Assembly (NCBI GenBank): GCA_016722375.1
Contig: JADKJG010000005.1
Span: forward strand, 130,435-194,434
Length of the DNA: 64,000 bases
Source of the DNA: Bacteroidota bacterium
GTDB lineage: Bacteria; Bacteroidota; Bacteroidia; Chitinophagales; LD1
Reading direction: 5' to 3'
Shown here: positions 29,990 to 39,198 of the stretch, one piece after another
Layout of the letters: the number at the start of each line of letters is the position of its first letter
How positions within the stretch are numbered: position 1 is the stretch's first letter
Made by a program: the position numbers and the translations under genes
Notes under the pieces: model-generated
What the model was told of the DNA's origin: nothing
Seen by the model: only the letters and a program-made list of their open reading frames with translations
Database searches by the model: none

Positions 29990-31258
29990 ATGATAGATGT
30001 TAAGACGACCAAGGGTTTGCAAACTATTCTTGAACCCTTTCAGGCATTAAAGAATAAAGTATTTGCTAAATTGTATTGGGGACAAACCATCAGTTTAATG
30101 GGCGATGCTTTTACATGGGTTGGTTTGGCATTGTTGGCTTACCAGTTAGACAAAAAGCACTCTGCCGTTATCCTTGCAACAGCACTTACATTAAGGGTTG
30201 CTGCCTTTATTATTTTCTCCCCATTTGCAGGTGTGTTAGCCGATAAAGTTGACCGAAAGAAAATATTATTAATCACACATTTTATTCGCATGGCAATCAT
30301 TTGTTGCCTTCCGTTTATTACAGAAGAATGGCAAATTTATGTGTTGGTGTTTTTGCTCAATGTTTTCAATGCTTTTTTCACACCAACATATCGTGCCATT
30401 ATTCCGCAGGTAATTGAAGGAAAATATTATCGTGAAGCAGTAGGCCTATCAACCGCCACTTACCAACTTTTAGGAATATTGGGTCCTGCATCAGCAGGAA
30501 TAGTAGCAGTGTGGTTAGGTGCAAGAGAAATATTTTTTGTAGATGCCGCTTCTTTTGTCATTGCTGCCGTGTTCATTTTATCAATTCCAAAACAAGAACT
30601 TCAAAATGGTGTTTCTGACGAAGCAAGACAAGAACATAATACTTGGGGCAATGTCATTAAGGGAATACGACTATTATTCGGAAACAAAAATTTACGGTTT
30701 GCTCTAAGCATTGAATTTGTTTCAGCCATTGCAGGTGCAATGATTTTAGTAAATACCATCAGCCATGTAAAAAATGATTTACACTTAACTGATAGATATT
30801 ATGGTTGGGTAATGGCTGCATTCGGATTCGGAGCTGCAATAGCAGCATTTCTTGCAGGCAGTTTAGATAAATCAAAAACAAGAAGTATTTCATTGATAAG
30901 CGGTGCTTTCCTTTTAGGCATCACTATTTATATCACTAACTATGTGCCTTACGCAGTAATGATTGTTTTGTGGCTTGTTGCCGGTTTAGGACAAAGCTTG
31001 GCTGAAATGCCTTCCGAAACTTTAATTGCCGAAAACATCGCATCAGCAGACCAAGGAAAAGTATATGGCTCTCACTTTGCATTTTCCCATTTATGGTGGG
31101 CAATCGTATATCCAATTGCAGGATTTTTAGGAACTGCTTTTCCAAATTCTGATTTCTTATTTGGTGGACTGCTGACAGTTGTTTGCGGTGTAACAGCCAT
31201 TATAATTTTCAAACCTTCATTCAATTCTTTAAATCAAAACTCAATAATCAACAATTAA
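29990..31258 (+). CDS. MFS transporter (EntS/MFS_3-like)
   Basis: 12 hydrophobic segments. N-terminal 'FAKLYWGQTISLMGDAFTWVGLALLAY' and 'GVLADKVDRKK'. Confidence 0.8.
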   Translation: MIDVKTTKGLQTILEPFQALKNKVFAKLYWGQTISLMGDAFTWVGLALLAYQLDKKHSAVILATALTLRVAAFIIFSPFAGVLADKVDRKKILLITHFIRMAIICCLPFITEEWQIYVLVFLLNVFNAFFTPTYRAIIPQVIEGKYYREAVGLSTATYQLLGILGPASAGIVAVWLGAREIFFVDAASFVIAAVFILSIPKQELQNGVSDEARQEHNTWGNVIKGIRLLFGNKNLRFALSIEFVSAIAGAMILVNTISHVKNDLHLTDRYYGWVMAAFGFGAAIAAFLAGSLDKSKTRSISLISGAFLLGITIYITNYVPYAVMIVLWLVAGLGQSLAEMPSETLIAENIASADQGKVYGSHFAFSHLWWAIVYPIAGFLGTAFPNSDFLFGGLLTVVCGVTAIIIFKPSFNSLNQNSIINN

Positions 31259-31269
31259 AAACATTAATC

Positions 31270-32403
31270 ATGACAAAATATATCATCCTATTCATAGCAT
31301 TTGCAGTTCTCACATCTTGCGGAGGTAAACCGACCAAAACAGAAAGTGTAGAAACACTCATGGAAAATTCTGTTGAGTTGACCGACGCACAACTCAAAAA
31401 CTCGGAAATACAAATAGGGGTCCTTCAACAGCAAGATATTTCCTCCTTACTAAAAGTCAGTGGGTTGATTGATGTGCCTCCACAAAATATGGTTTCGATT
31501 AGTGTGCCAATGGGCGGGTACCTAAAAGCAACAAAACTGTTAGAAGGTATGCATATCCGCAAAGGAGAAATTATCGCTACGATGGAGGATCAGCAATATA
31601 TTCAACTGCAACAAGATTATCTCACGGCAAAAGCACATTTCACCTCTATTGAAAAGGAGTTTCTGCGGCAAAAAGATTTAAACCAAAGCAAAGCCGGCAG
31701 CGACAAAGTTTTTGAAAATGCACAAGCAGACTATGTTTCACAAAAAGTACTGATAAAGTCCTTATCCGAAAAACTAGTTTTAATCAACATAAATCCCGAG
31801 CAACTCAACGAAAATAATATCTCTAGAAGTATAAATATTCCTTCTCCCATTGAGGGCTTTGTTTCATCCGTGAAAATAAATATCGGAAAATATGTTTCAC
31901 CGACGGATATCTTGTTTGAATTAGTAAATCCGACGGACATTCATTTAGCATTAACCGTCTTTGAGAAAGATTTGGACAAGCTATTTATAGGACAAAAAAT
32001 CATCGCTTACACCAACAATCAACCCAGCAAGAAATATGAGTGCAAAATCATTCTGATTGGAAAGAGTTTGTCGCTTGAACGAGCTGTTACTGTACATTGC
32101 CACTTTGAACAATACGACCAATCGCTAATACCCGGAATGTATATGAATGCTGAAATAGAAGTTGCTACTCATAATGCTTTTGTCATTCCAAATGAAGGCT
32201 TAGTCCGCTTTGAGGGGAATCAGTATGTATTCACACAAATTAAAAATCACCAATATCGTATGCAGGAGGTAAGCACCCAAAACACCGAAAATGGTTACAC
32301 TCAAATTTCTTTCCCAGATAGTGTCGATATCAGCAAGAACGTTTTTGTTATCAAGGGCGCCTACACTCTCTTGATGAAAATGAAAAATACAGAGGGAAAA
32401 TAA
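31270..32403 (+). CDS. RND efflux periplasmic adaptor (CzcB/HlyD family), lipoprotein
   Basis: Lipobox 'VLTSCGG' and the coiled-coil/barrel pattern of membrane fusion proteins. The ATG at 31270 is preferred over the ORF-track start 31183, which overlaps the MFS gene. Confidence 0.8.
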   Translation: MTKYIILFIAFAVLTSCGGKPTKTESVETLMENSVELTDAQLKNSEIQIGVLQQQDISSLLKVSGLIDVPPQNMVSISVPMGGYLKATKLLEGMHIRKGEIIATMEDQQYIQLQQDYLTAKAHFTSIEKEFLRQKDLNQSKAGSDKVFENAQADYVSQKVLIKSLSEKLVLININPEQLNENNISRSINIPSPIEGFVSSVKINIGKYVSPTDILFELVNPTDIHLALTVFEKDLDKLFIGQKIIAYTNNQPSKKYECKIILIGKSLSLERAVTVHCHFEQYDQSLIPGMYMNAEIEVATHNAFVIPNEGLVRFEGNQYVFTQIKNHQYRMQEVSTQNTENGYTQISFPDSVDISKNVFVIKGAYTLLMKMKNTEGK

Positions 32404-32505
32404 AAGGACTTTGCAATATACGGTCACTACAAGCCACTATACTATAAACAGAGTAGCACCTAAACTTGCCGTTATCCTCTACGCGCCACCCCTCCGCATT
32501 ATTTT

Positions 32506-32513
32506 TACTTTTG
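32506..32513 (+). promoter_or_regulatory. candidate Bacteroidota -7 box (TAnnTTTG) for the crp/fnr-family gene
   Basis: 'tacttttg' matches TAnnTTTG exactly and ends 4 nt before the ATG at 32518, which would imply a leaderless mRNA. No clear -33 TTTG is visible. Confidence 0.3.
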
Positions 32514-32517
32514 ATTG

Positions 32518-33147
32518 ATGAATATTGCTAATCGCCTCGGCCATATTTTTGAGCCCGAACTACTTGAGGAATTGGACCGACGAGCACAACTGGTTTCCTT
32601 AAAAGAAGGGGAAAGTATTATAGCCAGCGGACAGACTATCCGGGCCATGCCCATAGTACTTTCCGGTACACTTAAAATATCCAGAGTAGATGAAAATGGT
32701 CGTGAATTACTGCTCTATTATGTGAACCCGGGAGAGAGTTGTGCCATGACCTTTACTTGCTGTATGCAGCAATATGCGAGCGACATAAAGGCAGTGGCAG
32801 ACAATGAGGTTGAGCTGCTTTCTATTCCTGTGGCTGGCATGGATGAGTGGCTGGTGAAATATCCTACTTGGACAAGTTTCGTTATGAAAACTATTCATAC
32901 CCGTTTCAATGAGCTGCTGAAAACTATTGACCAGATTGCCTTTCAAAAACTCGATGAACGTTTAGTTTATTATCTAAAGGAAAAGTCGAAAACAAGTGGT
33001 TCTACCTTACTAAACCTTTCGCATGAACAAATCGCCGTCGAAATGGCAACCTCCCGCGAGGTGATATCGCGCTTATTAAAAAAGCTGGAAAATGATCAGA
33101 AGCTGCTGCTCTATAGGAATCAAATTAAACTTCTACCAAATTTGTGA
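32518..33147 (+). CDS. Crp/Fnr family transcriptional regulator
   Basis: cNMP-binding-like N-terminal domain and a C-terminal HTH 'SHEQIAVEMATSREVISRLLKKLE'. Confidence 0.85.
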   Translation: MNIANRLGHIFEPELLEELDRRAQLVSLKEGESIIASGQTIRAMPIVLSGTLKISRVDENGRELLLYYVNPGESCAMTFTCCMQQYASDIKAVADNEVELLSIPVAGMDEWLVKYPTWTSFVMKTIHTRFNELLKTIDQIAFQKLDERLVYYLKEKSKTSGSTLLNLSHEQIAVEMATSREVISRLLKKLENDQKLLLYRNQIKLLPNL

Positions 33148-33158
33148 CTAAAGTCACT
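33143..33158. promoter_or_regulatory. CRP/FNR-type palindrome TGTGA-N6-TCACt
   Basis: tgtgactaaagtcact matches TGTGAnnnnnnTCACA at 9 of 10 positions. It overlaps the regulator's stop codon and lies about 30 nt upstream of a near -7 box (catctttg, 33180-33187). Confidence 0.45.
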
Positions 33159-33222
33159 GTATAGCAACCTTGCTTGCCCCATCTTTGCATCGCAGTTTTA
33201 GTCCACCATAAAATCACGAGCC

Positions 33223-33432
33223 ATGACAAAGAATATCGGAGTCGCAGACAAAATCATCAGAATCCTCTTGGCAGCGGGTATTGCTGTGCTCTATTTCACC
33301 AATCAAATTAGCGGTACTTTAGCGCTCATACTGGCTGTGGTAGCGGTCGTTTTATTAGCCACCAGTTTTATTAATTTTTGTCCGATTTATTTTGCACTCG
33401 GAATTTCTACCAATAAAAACAAAAAGCCATGA
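33223..33432 (+). CDS. DUF2892 (YgaP-like) small membrane protein
   Basis: 'NIGVADKIIRILLAAG' start and 'FCPIYFALGIS' end are typical of DUF2892. Confidence 0.7.
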   Translation: MTKNIGVADKIIRILLAAGIAVLYFTNQISGTLALILAVVAVVLLATSFINFCPIYFALGISTNKNKKP

Positions 33433-33884
33433 GTCATAAAATCGAAACCCAATGGATGGGTAAAATGCAATTTAATACCTTAATAAACGGTCATACCGTT
33501 GTCATGGATGGACCGGAGCGTGCCGGGGGTGAAGATCGCGGGCCAATTCCTAAGCCGTTTATGTTGTCTGCTCTTTCAGGTTGCACCGGCATGGATGTGG
33601 TTGCCCTGCTACGCAAAGCCGAAAAGCCCGTAGATGATTTGAATATTGTAGTGAGTGGTGAAATAAGCAAGCGAGCACCTATAGAATATACAGCCATCCA
33701 CGTGGTATATGATTTTAAAGGACCGGAAGAAAATAAACAGGCCGCCTTTACTGCCGTGACAGATTCACAGGAGAAATATTGTGGGGTAAGTCACATGCTT
33801 AAAAAAATTCTTCCAGTCACTTGGGAAATAAATTATAACAGTGTGCAAATTTTCAATAATAAAAAAGAGTCTGTAGCACTTTAA
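33429..33884 (+). CDS. OsmC family peroxiredoxin-like protein
   Basis: 'PFMLSALSGCTGMDVVALL' and 'KYCGVSHML' carry the two conserved Cys of the OsmC/Ohr fold. Confidence 0.85.
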   Translation: MSHKIETQWMGKMQFNTLINGHTVVMDGPERAGGEDRGPIPKPFMLSALSGCTGMDVVALLRKAEKPVDDLNIVVSGEISKRAPIEYTAIHVVYDFKGPEENKQAAFTAVTDSQEKYCGVSHMLKKILPVTWEINYNSVQIFNNKKESVAL

Positions 33885-34109
33885 TTGAGTTACATGATGA
33901 AACTACTTTTTGAATACAAATTACTGTTGGCAGGCGTTTTGATTGGTGGGCTAGGTGGCTATCTTTATTATCACTTCGTTGGTTGTGCCTCTGGCACTTG
34001 TATCATCACATCAAAACCCCTCAACAGTATCTTGTATGGCGCTATGATGGGTGGATTGTTATTCACTGGATTTAAAAAAGCGGAAACCAAACAAAATAAA
34101 ATAACATGA
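33885..34109 (+). CDS. small two-TM membrane protein with a CxxGxC motif
   Basis: 'GGLGGYLYYHFVGCASGTCIITS'. The start may be the ATG at 33894. Confidence 0.5.
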   Translation: MSYMMKLLFEYKLLLAGVLIGGLGGYLYYHFVGCASGTCIITSKPLNSILYGAMMGGLLFTGFKKAETKQNKIT

Positions 34110-34420
34110 TAGAGCAACTAAAAAACATTTTCGGCTTAGGTCCTCAGGTGGATCTTAAAGAACTGGTACAACGCGGGGCGCAAATCATTGATGTGCGGAC
34201 AAAGGCTGAATACCAACAAGGGCACCTGAAGGGTTCGGTCAACATTCCGTTGGACAAGCTTGCTGGTCAATATGCCAAAATCAACAAAGATAAGCCGGTC
34301 ATTACCTGTTGCGCATCCGGCATGCGTAGCGCCCAGGCCAAATCCATGCTTCGGTCAAATGGATATTCCGACGTGCATAATGGCGGCGGTTGGGTAAGTT
34401 TGAAAAATAAAATCGGTTAA
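34106..34420 (+). CDS. rhodanese-like sulfurtransferase domain protein
   Basis: 'IIDVRTKAEYQQGHLKGSVNIP' and active-site loop 'CCASGMRS'. Confidence 0.85.
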   Translation: MIEQLKNIFGLGPQVDLKELVQRGAQIIDVRTKAEYQQGHLKGSVNIPLDKLAGQYAKINKDKPVITCCASGMRSAQAKSMLRSNGYSDVHNGGGWVSLKNKIG

Positions 34421-34439
34421 CAAATTAAATCTTGATAAA

Positions 34440-34907
34440 ATGAACACAATCGGAATTGACAAAACAAAAGCGACACAACTAGCAGCGAAGTTGAATAGTC
34501 TGTTGGCCGACTATATGATGTTCTACCAAAATACAAGAGGTTTGCATTGGAACATTAAAGGCGAAAAGTTTTTTGAACTGCATCTAAAGTTTGAAGAGCT
34601 ATATAACAACCTCTTGCTAAAATTAGATGAAGTTGCTGAGCGCATCTTAACCCTAGATGCCAAGCCGCTTCACACCTTTGACGACTACCTAAAAACATCC
34701 TCAATAAAAAGTCTCAAGAATATTTCACAACCCGAACCCGCTATGAAAAGCATTCTGGATGCCTTCAAGGTTATATTGATTAAGCAAAGAGAGTTGCTTG
34801 ACATTTCGCAAGCGGCAAATGACGAGGGCACTAACGCTTTGATGAGTGATTACATTCGGGAACAGGAAAAATTGGTATGGATGTATTCTTCATATCTCAA
34901 CAAATAA
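34440..34907 (+). CDS. dps: Dps family DNA-protecting ferritin-like protein
   Basis: 'LHWNIKGEKFFELHLKFEELY' and 'DEVAERI' match ferroxidase-site motifs. Confidence 0.85.
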   Translation: MNTIGIDKTKATQLAAKLNSLLADYMMFYQNTRGLHWNIKGEKFFELHLKFEELYNNLLLKLDEVAERILTLDAKPLHTFDDYLKTSSIKSLKNISQPEPAMKSILDAFKVILIKQRELLDISQAANDEGTNALMSDYIREQEKLVWMYSSYLNK

Positions 34908-34909
34908 AA

Positions 34910-35167
34910 ATGAAAGACCGTATATTAAATGGTTGGAATCTCACGCGAGTGATTTACGTACTCATGGGGCTTTTGTTGATCATTTATTCCGTCATGGAGC
35001 AACAGTGGTTTGGATTAGTAGTGGGTGGCTATTTTGCTGCTATGGGTATTTTTTCCTTTGGCTGCGCCGCTGGGCAGTGCGACGTCCGTAGTCAGCGAAC
35101 CGATTTCCATCAAAAGAAATCAGCTAGCAGTGAAGCCATAGATTTTGTTGAATCAACCAAGGACTAA
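34910..35167 (+). CDS. small membrane protein (DUF2892-like), C-terminal CxxGxC
   Basis: The ATG at 34910 follows the dps stop by 2 nt. '[19 protein letters not shown]'. Confidence 0.45.
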   Translation: MKDRILNGWNLTRVIYVLMGLLLIIYSVMEQQWFGLVVGGYFAAMGIFSFGCAAGQCDVRSQRTDFHQKKSASSEAIDFVESTKD

Positions 35168-35168
35168 A

Positions 35169-35465
35169 ATGTCCACCTTTTCAGAGCTAATTCATTCAGA
35201 CAAGCCGGTGTTGGTAGATTTTTCTGCCGAATGGTGTGGGCCTTGTAAGATGATGAAACCTATTTTAGCAGAACTTAAATCTAAAATTGGCGATCAGGCT
35301 ACCATTATTAAGGTAGATGTGGACAAAAGCCCGCAGGCCGCGAGCACTTATCAGATTCAAGGAGTACCAACTTTGATACTCTTCAAGAATGGAGAGGTAA
35401 AGTGGCGGCAGTCCGGCGTTGTTCCGGCTAATCAATTAGAGCAAATAATCAGACAACATATTTAA
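35169..35465 (+). CDS. trxA: thioredoxin
   Basis: '[20 protein letters not shown]' active site and '[12 protein letters not shown]'. Confidence 0.9.
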   Translation: MSTFSELIHSDKPVLVDFSAEWCGPCKMMKPILAELKSKIGDQATIIKVDVDKSPQAASTYQIQGVPTLILFKNGEVKWRQSGVVPANQLEQIIRQHI

Positions 35466-35501
35466 TGCTGCTCCCACGAAGGGGCACCGGTACTAATAAA
35501 G

Positions 35502-35574
35502 AGCCGATGGTGGGACTCGAACCCGCGACCAACGCATTACGAATGCGCTACTCTACCAACTGAGCTACATCGGC
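35502..35574 (-). tRNA. tRNA-Thr (anticodon CGU)
   Basis: The reverse complement GCCGATGTAGCTCAGTTGGTAGAGTAGCGCATTCGTAATGCGTTGGTCGCGGGTTCGAGTCCCACCATCGGCT folds as a cloverleaf with anticodon loop TTCGTAA. There is one C-A mismatch in the T stem and one G-U pair in the D stem. Confidence 0.85.
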
Positions 35575-35589
35575 TTATAAAATCAATCT

Positions 35590-36234
35590 TTAATAGTCGG
35601 TAATCAATCCTAACGCTGTTTCTCCATCCACAACTGTATCGCCTTTCTTTACCGCCACCTTTACATTATGTGGTAAAATCAGGGTCACCTGACTTCCAAG
35701 TTTGATGAGTCCAATCACCTCACCTTGCCGGACTAACTGCTGTGGGGTCACATAATCCTCTATTCTGCGTGCCAGAAAGCCCGCAATCTGAATCACCTTA
35801 TATCTTTTCCCGGACATCGTTTCAAACAACAGTTCATTGTGCTCGTTCTCAAAACGGATACCATATTCATTGCTCATGCTCACCGCATTGTTGAAGCTGC
35901 CGGTAACATATTTTTCAGACAATAGTTTGCCGCTAGAGGGCGCACGCTGATAATGGACATTCGCTACATTTAATTGGATAGAAACCATCGTGCCTGCAGT
36001 ATCCACATCTTCTGTCCACACGTTGATAGCGCCGAACTGCTCTTTTGTTACCGTTAATGATTCACGATTCCAGGGATTTATTGAAACGACCGTTCCGTTG
36101 GCAGGGCTAACAAATATATGTTCATCGTTGGGCACATTTCTTTCCGGCTGGCGTAAGAACCAAAAGCGATAATAAGCCACCAAAAACAAGAGGATAATAT
36201 TGAGCCAAAGAAGAATCCTTAAAAAAACTTTCAT
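35590..36234 (-). CDS. psd: phosphatidylserine decarboxylase family protein (short form)
   Basis: N-terminal TM helix, 'FVSPANGTV', and the self-cleavage-type 'KLGSQV' motif near the C-terminus. Confidence 0.8.
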   Translation of the reverse strand: MKVFLRILLWLNIILLFLVAYYRFWFLRQPERNVPNDEHIFVSPANGTVVSINPWNRESLTVTKEQFGAINVWTEDVDTAGTMVSIQLNVANVHYQRAPSSGKLLSEKYVTGSFNNAVSMSNEYGIRFENEHNELLFETMSGKRYKVIQIAGFLARRIEDYVTPQQLVRQGEVIGLIKLGSQVTLILPHNVKVAVKKGDTVVDGETALGLITDY

Positions 36235-36268
36235 GGTCCAAAACTAAAAGAATGGGGGGAGCAAGCAA

Positions 36269-37048
36269 CTATTTCATCTCGGCAAGCTCCGGGTCAGCAA
36301 ACTCATAATATCCCTTGCTGTTCACTGATATTTCTGGTAAGCGATTATTCTTCTCAAAGAACTGATAGCCCTGTGCCAAGTTTGTCCAGAGGTCATGATA
36401 TACTTTATATTCATCGCGACCACGGTGTCTATCCATATTCTCCGCTGTAGGTTTGAATGGAAATATATGTACTGGAATTTTTGTTTGTCCCTGATTGCGT
36501 GCTTTAACAGCAACAATATAGATGTCTTCAATATAATCGTCGCTCATAGCGATACAGCCAATACTCACATCACTTCCATGAATAAAAATACTTCCTCCTC
36601 TACGTGCGGCCGTACTCAACATTCGATCTGATTCATTTGGATAATTGATACCCAACGATAAGTGGTAATTGCTAAAAGGATTAAAGTTGCTGACATGATA
36701 GCAACCCTCCGGTATTTGTCGGTCACCCTCCTCCCGCTTGGGGCCAAGTGTACCCGAATTGCCATACATTCTAAACTGATTGAACAGTACAAATTTTTTA
36801 TCCGGTCTCTGTAACCATACCTCCATCTCTCGTTCTTCCTTAAAAACCCGGATGTACATATTGCCGAAGCGCTCCGGTGGAATCCCAAACTTTTCGCATC
36901 GCTCGTTTATCAACTGCTCTTTTTCCTTATAGGCTTGATAAACCCGGCTATATGTTTTTTGAACATCCTCAAAGCTCTGCTTTCCGGGTGAAAACGCAGA
37001 CCCAAAAGAGAAAACTAGTATGAGTATAAAAAGATTAACCGGTTTCAT
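36269..37048 (-). CDS. L,D-transpeptidase (YkuD) family protein
   Basis: 'GGSIFIHGSDVSIGCIAMSD' carries the catalytic His/Cys motif. A signal peptide is present. Confidence 0.8.
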   Translation of the reverse strand: MKPVNLFILILVFSFGSAFSPGKQSFEDVQKTYSRVYQAYKEKEQLINERCEKFGIPPERFGNMYIRVFKEEREMEVWLQRPDKKFVLFNQFRMYGNSGTLGPKREEGDRQIPEGCYHVSNFNPFSNYHLSLGINYPNESDRMLSTAARRGGSIFIHGSDVSIGCIAMSDDYIEDIYIVAVKARNQGQTKIPVHIFPFKPTAENMDRHRGRDEYKVYHDLWTNLAQGYQFFEKNNRLPEISVNSKGYYEFADPELAEMK

Positions 37049-37482
37049 AATTCTTAAACGAAAATACCACTTCCTTTACTGTGATACAATTCCAATATAA
37101 TTATACGTAAAATAATATGGGATGGTTATTTTTTGAAGCAAACATTAACAATCCACACCTTGTATTATAATAAGTAGTTTAATTAAAAAATAAGAGGCTT
37201 ATTATTAGGGGCGTGGGAAACGGGATAACTAATTATTTCAAAGATTTGAAAATGCCCAATGTTTAAAAAACACACCTTACCAACAGGGAGTGTTATTGTG
37301 GAGTTCTTCATAGCATTGAAATTCACAGGTTATACACAGCCTGTTGATTAGCCAGTGGAAACCAAAATGGGATAAGTAAAACAGAAACAAATGTGGATAG
37401 TGTTGTGTATTTCGGAGAAGTTAAGCACCTGAGTTTTTGGAACAGAGAGGATGTAAAGCCCGCTTCCTTTTCAAATAAACTT

Positions 37483-37503
37483 ACCTGTGATTTACCCACA
37501 GGT
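37483..37503 (-). terminator. hairpin 39 nt downstream of nadD (possibly a bidirectional terminator)
   Basis: acctgtg-atttacc-cacaggt has a 7-bp stem, with tttt on the + side and a moderately T-rich tail on the - side. Confidence 0.35.
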
Positions 37504-37541
37504 TTTTAGGGTAATCAACAAGGCATTTGTGAACAAACATT

Positions 37542-38117
37542 TTATTTGCGATAGAGATTAGAGCTATCAATATATTCCCAGACCTTATCGGGAAGAAAAA
37601 ACTGCATTGACACCCCGTTCTTGATGTTTTCTCTGATAAAGGTGGCTGAAATGTCTAAAAATGGGAAGTCTAGAAAGTGAATATTAGATTGATTTGGAAA
37701 AGGATTTTCATCAAAGCCCCGACGGCGATAAACGAAGAACTCATTTTGTTGTAGCAAGAGTTCATAATTTTTCCATTTGTGAAGCGTGGTTAGATTGTCA
37801 CTTCCCATGATTAACGAAAATTGATGCTGCGGATATTTTTCTTTTAGGTGTACCAGAGTGTCAATGGTATAAGACGGCTTTGGGAGGCTAAACTCAATGT
37901 CACTAGCCTTTAGGTTATTATTGTCTTCTATGGCGAGATTGATCAAATGAAGGCGGTCATATTCTTTCAGTAAGGAACCTTTCTCTTTCAATGGGTTTTG
38001 AGGAGATACCACAAACCACACCTTCTTTAATTCGGTGATTTCGCAGATATAATTCGCAATAATCAGATGACCAATATGAACCGGATTGAAGGAACCAAAA
38101 AACAGACCGATTTTCAT
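37542..38117 (-). CDS. nadD: nicotinate-nucleotide adenylyltransferase
   Basis: 'GLFFGSFNPVHIGHL' HxGH motif and 'ISATFIRENI'. Confidence 0.85.
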   Translation of the reverse strand: MKIGLFFGSFNPVHIGHLIIANYICEITELKKVWFVVSPQNPLKEKGSLLKEYDRLHLINLAIEDNNNLKASDIEFSLPKPSYTIDTLVHLKEKYPQHQFSLIMGSDNLTTLHKWKNYELLLQQNEFFVYRRRGFDENPFPNQSNIHFLDFPFLDISATFIRENIKNGVSMQFFLPDKVWEYIDSSNLYRK

Positions 38118-39139
38118 GATCGGTCCCGATTGCTAAAATCCTTTGTAGACAACCAGTCTCGGCGGAAGGCAAACAGGGTGAGGCCGATTGCAATAATTAG
38201 CATTGCTGCTACTACTTCATAGAAACCATAAGGATCGTTGGCGTGTGGAATGTTTATAAAGTTCATGCCATACAAGCTGGCTAAAAAAGTAAGGGGCAGC
38301 AAAACGAACGAAACACCGGTCAGGGTTTTCATCACGTTGTTCATTTTGTGTGTTTGCAAGGAATAATACAAATCCATCAGAGAGGCTAGCTGGTCACGCT
38401 GAAAATCAATTTCATCCACGTTTCGCTGCATGTGGTCTTGCAGGTCGCGCAGGTAATATTTGTTGGCCGTATCAAAATAGGAAATTTCAAATCGAATCAG
38501 GTTGTTTATCAAGTCGCGCACCGGAAGAATATTTTTACGGATGTATAACACATTCCCCTTTAGGCCTTGTAACAGTGCCAAGTGGTTATCTTTAGGACTG
38601 CTGAGTATTTCCAGGTCCAACACCTCTATTTCTTCACCAATTTGTGCGAGGACTAAATAGTAGTTGTCAATAATTACATCGAGTAAAGTATAAAGAAGAT
38701 AGTCCTCGCCGTTCTTCCGTAAATTGCCGCTGCCGAGGGCAATTTTCTCTCCTACAGATTTTTTAAATAAACCGGTTTCTACTTCTCGAAAGGTGAGCAG
38801 CGCATTATCGTGCAACACAAAACTAATTTGCTGATCATCAATTTTACCCTCTTTGAGAAAGAACATGCGCAAAACTATATAGAGCATGTCGTCATATTCT
38901 TCAATCTTGGCTCGCTGATTCGGATTCGTAATATCGTCGAGTACCAACGGGTGAATTTTAAAAGTGTCTGCTACGCGCTGCATAAACACCCTATCGCTGA
39001 TCCCCACCACATTGTACCAGTTCACATGACTGTGTTGGACTAAAGAACTACACTCTTCCGGAGATACATTTTCGAAGAAAGTGTATTCCTGAGCATTATA
39101 ATGGTAATAAGAAATTCTACTGGAACTGTTTTCCATCAT
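38114..39139 (-). CDS. corA: magnesium/cobalt transporter CorA
   Basis: 'YGMNF' signature between the two C-terminal TM helices. Confidence 0.9.
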   Translation of the reverse strand: MMENSSSRISYYHYNAQEYTFFENVSPEECSSLVQHSHVNWYNVVGISDRVFMQRVADTFKIHPLVLDDITNPNQRAKIEEYDDMLYIVLRMFFLKEGKIDDQQISFVLHDNALLTFREVETGLFKKSVGEKIALGSGNLRKNGEDYLLYTLLDVIIDNYYLVLAQIGEEIEVLDLEILSSPKDNHLALLQGLKGNVLYIRKNILPVRDLINNLIRFEISYFDTANKYYLRDLQDHMQRNVDEIDFQRDQLASLMDLYYSLQTHKMNNVMKTLTGVSFVLLPLTFLASLYGMNFINIPHANDPYGFYEVVAAMLIIAIGLTLFAFRRDWLSTKDFSNRDRS

Positions 39140-39198
39140 TATTCAATGAATGCAAAATAAGAATAAAGATAGATTTGCCGGGCAGGAATCTCCTCTCT

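Noticed and set aside
31183-31269. Upstream extension of the CzcB-like adaptor ORF to 31183
   Set aside because: The extension overlaps the MFS gene's 3' end by 76 nt and precedes a canonical lipoprotein signal that starts at the ATG at 31270.
37149-37500. Cluster of DnaA-box-like 9-mers (tgtggatag 37392-37400 and ttacccaca 37492-37500 at 8/9; caatccaca 37149-37157 at 7/9) in a 490-bp AT-rich ORF-free spacer, as a possible oriC
   Set aside because: Only two sites are within one mismatch, and one of them is simply part of the nadD terminator hairpin. Both flanking genes are on the same (minus) strand, so there is no divergent strand switch. dnaA is not nearby. Whole-genome GC skew would be needed to decide.
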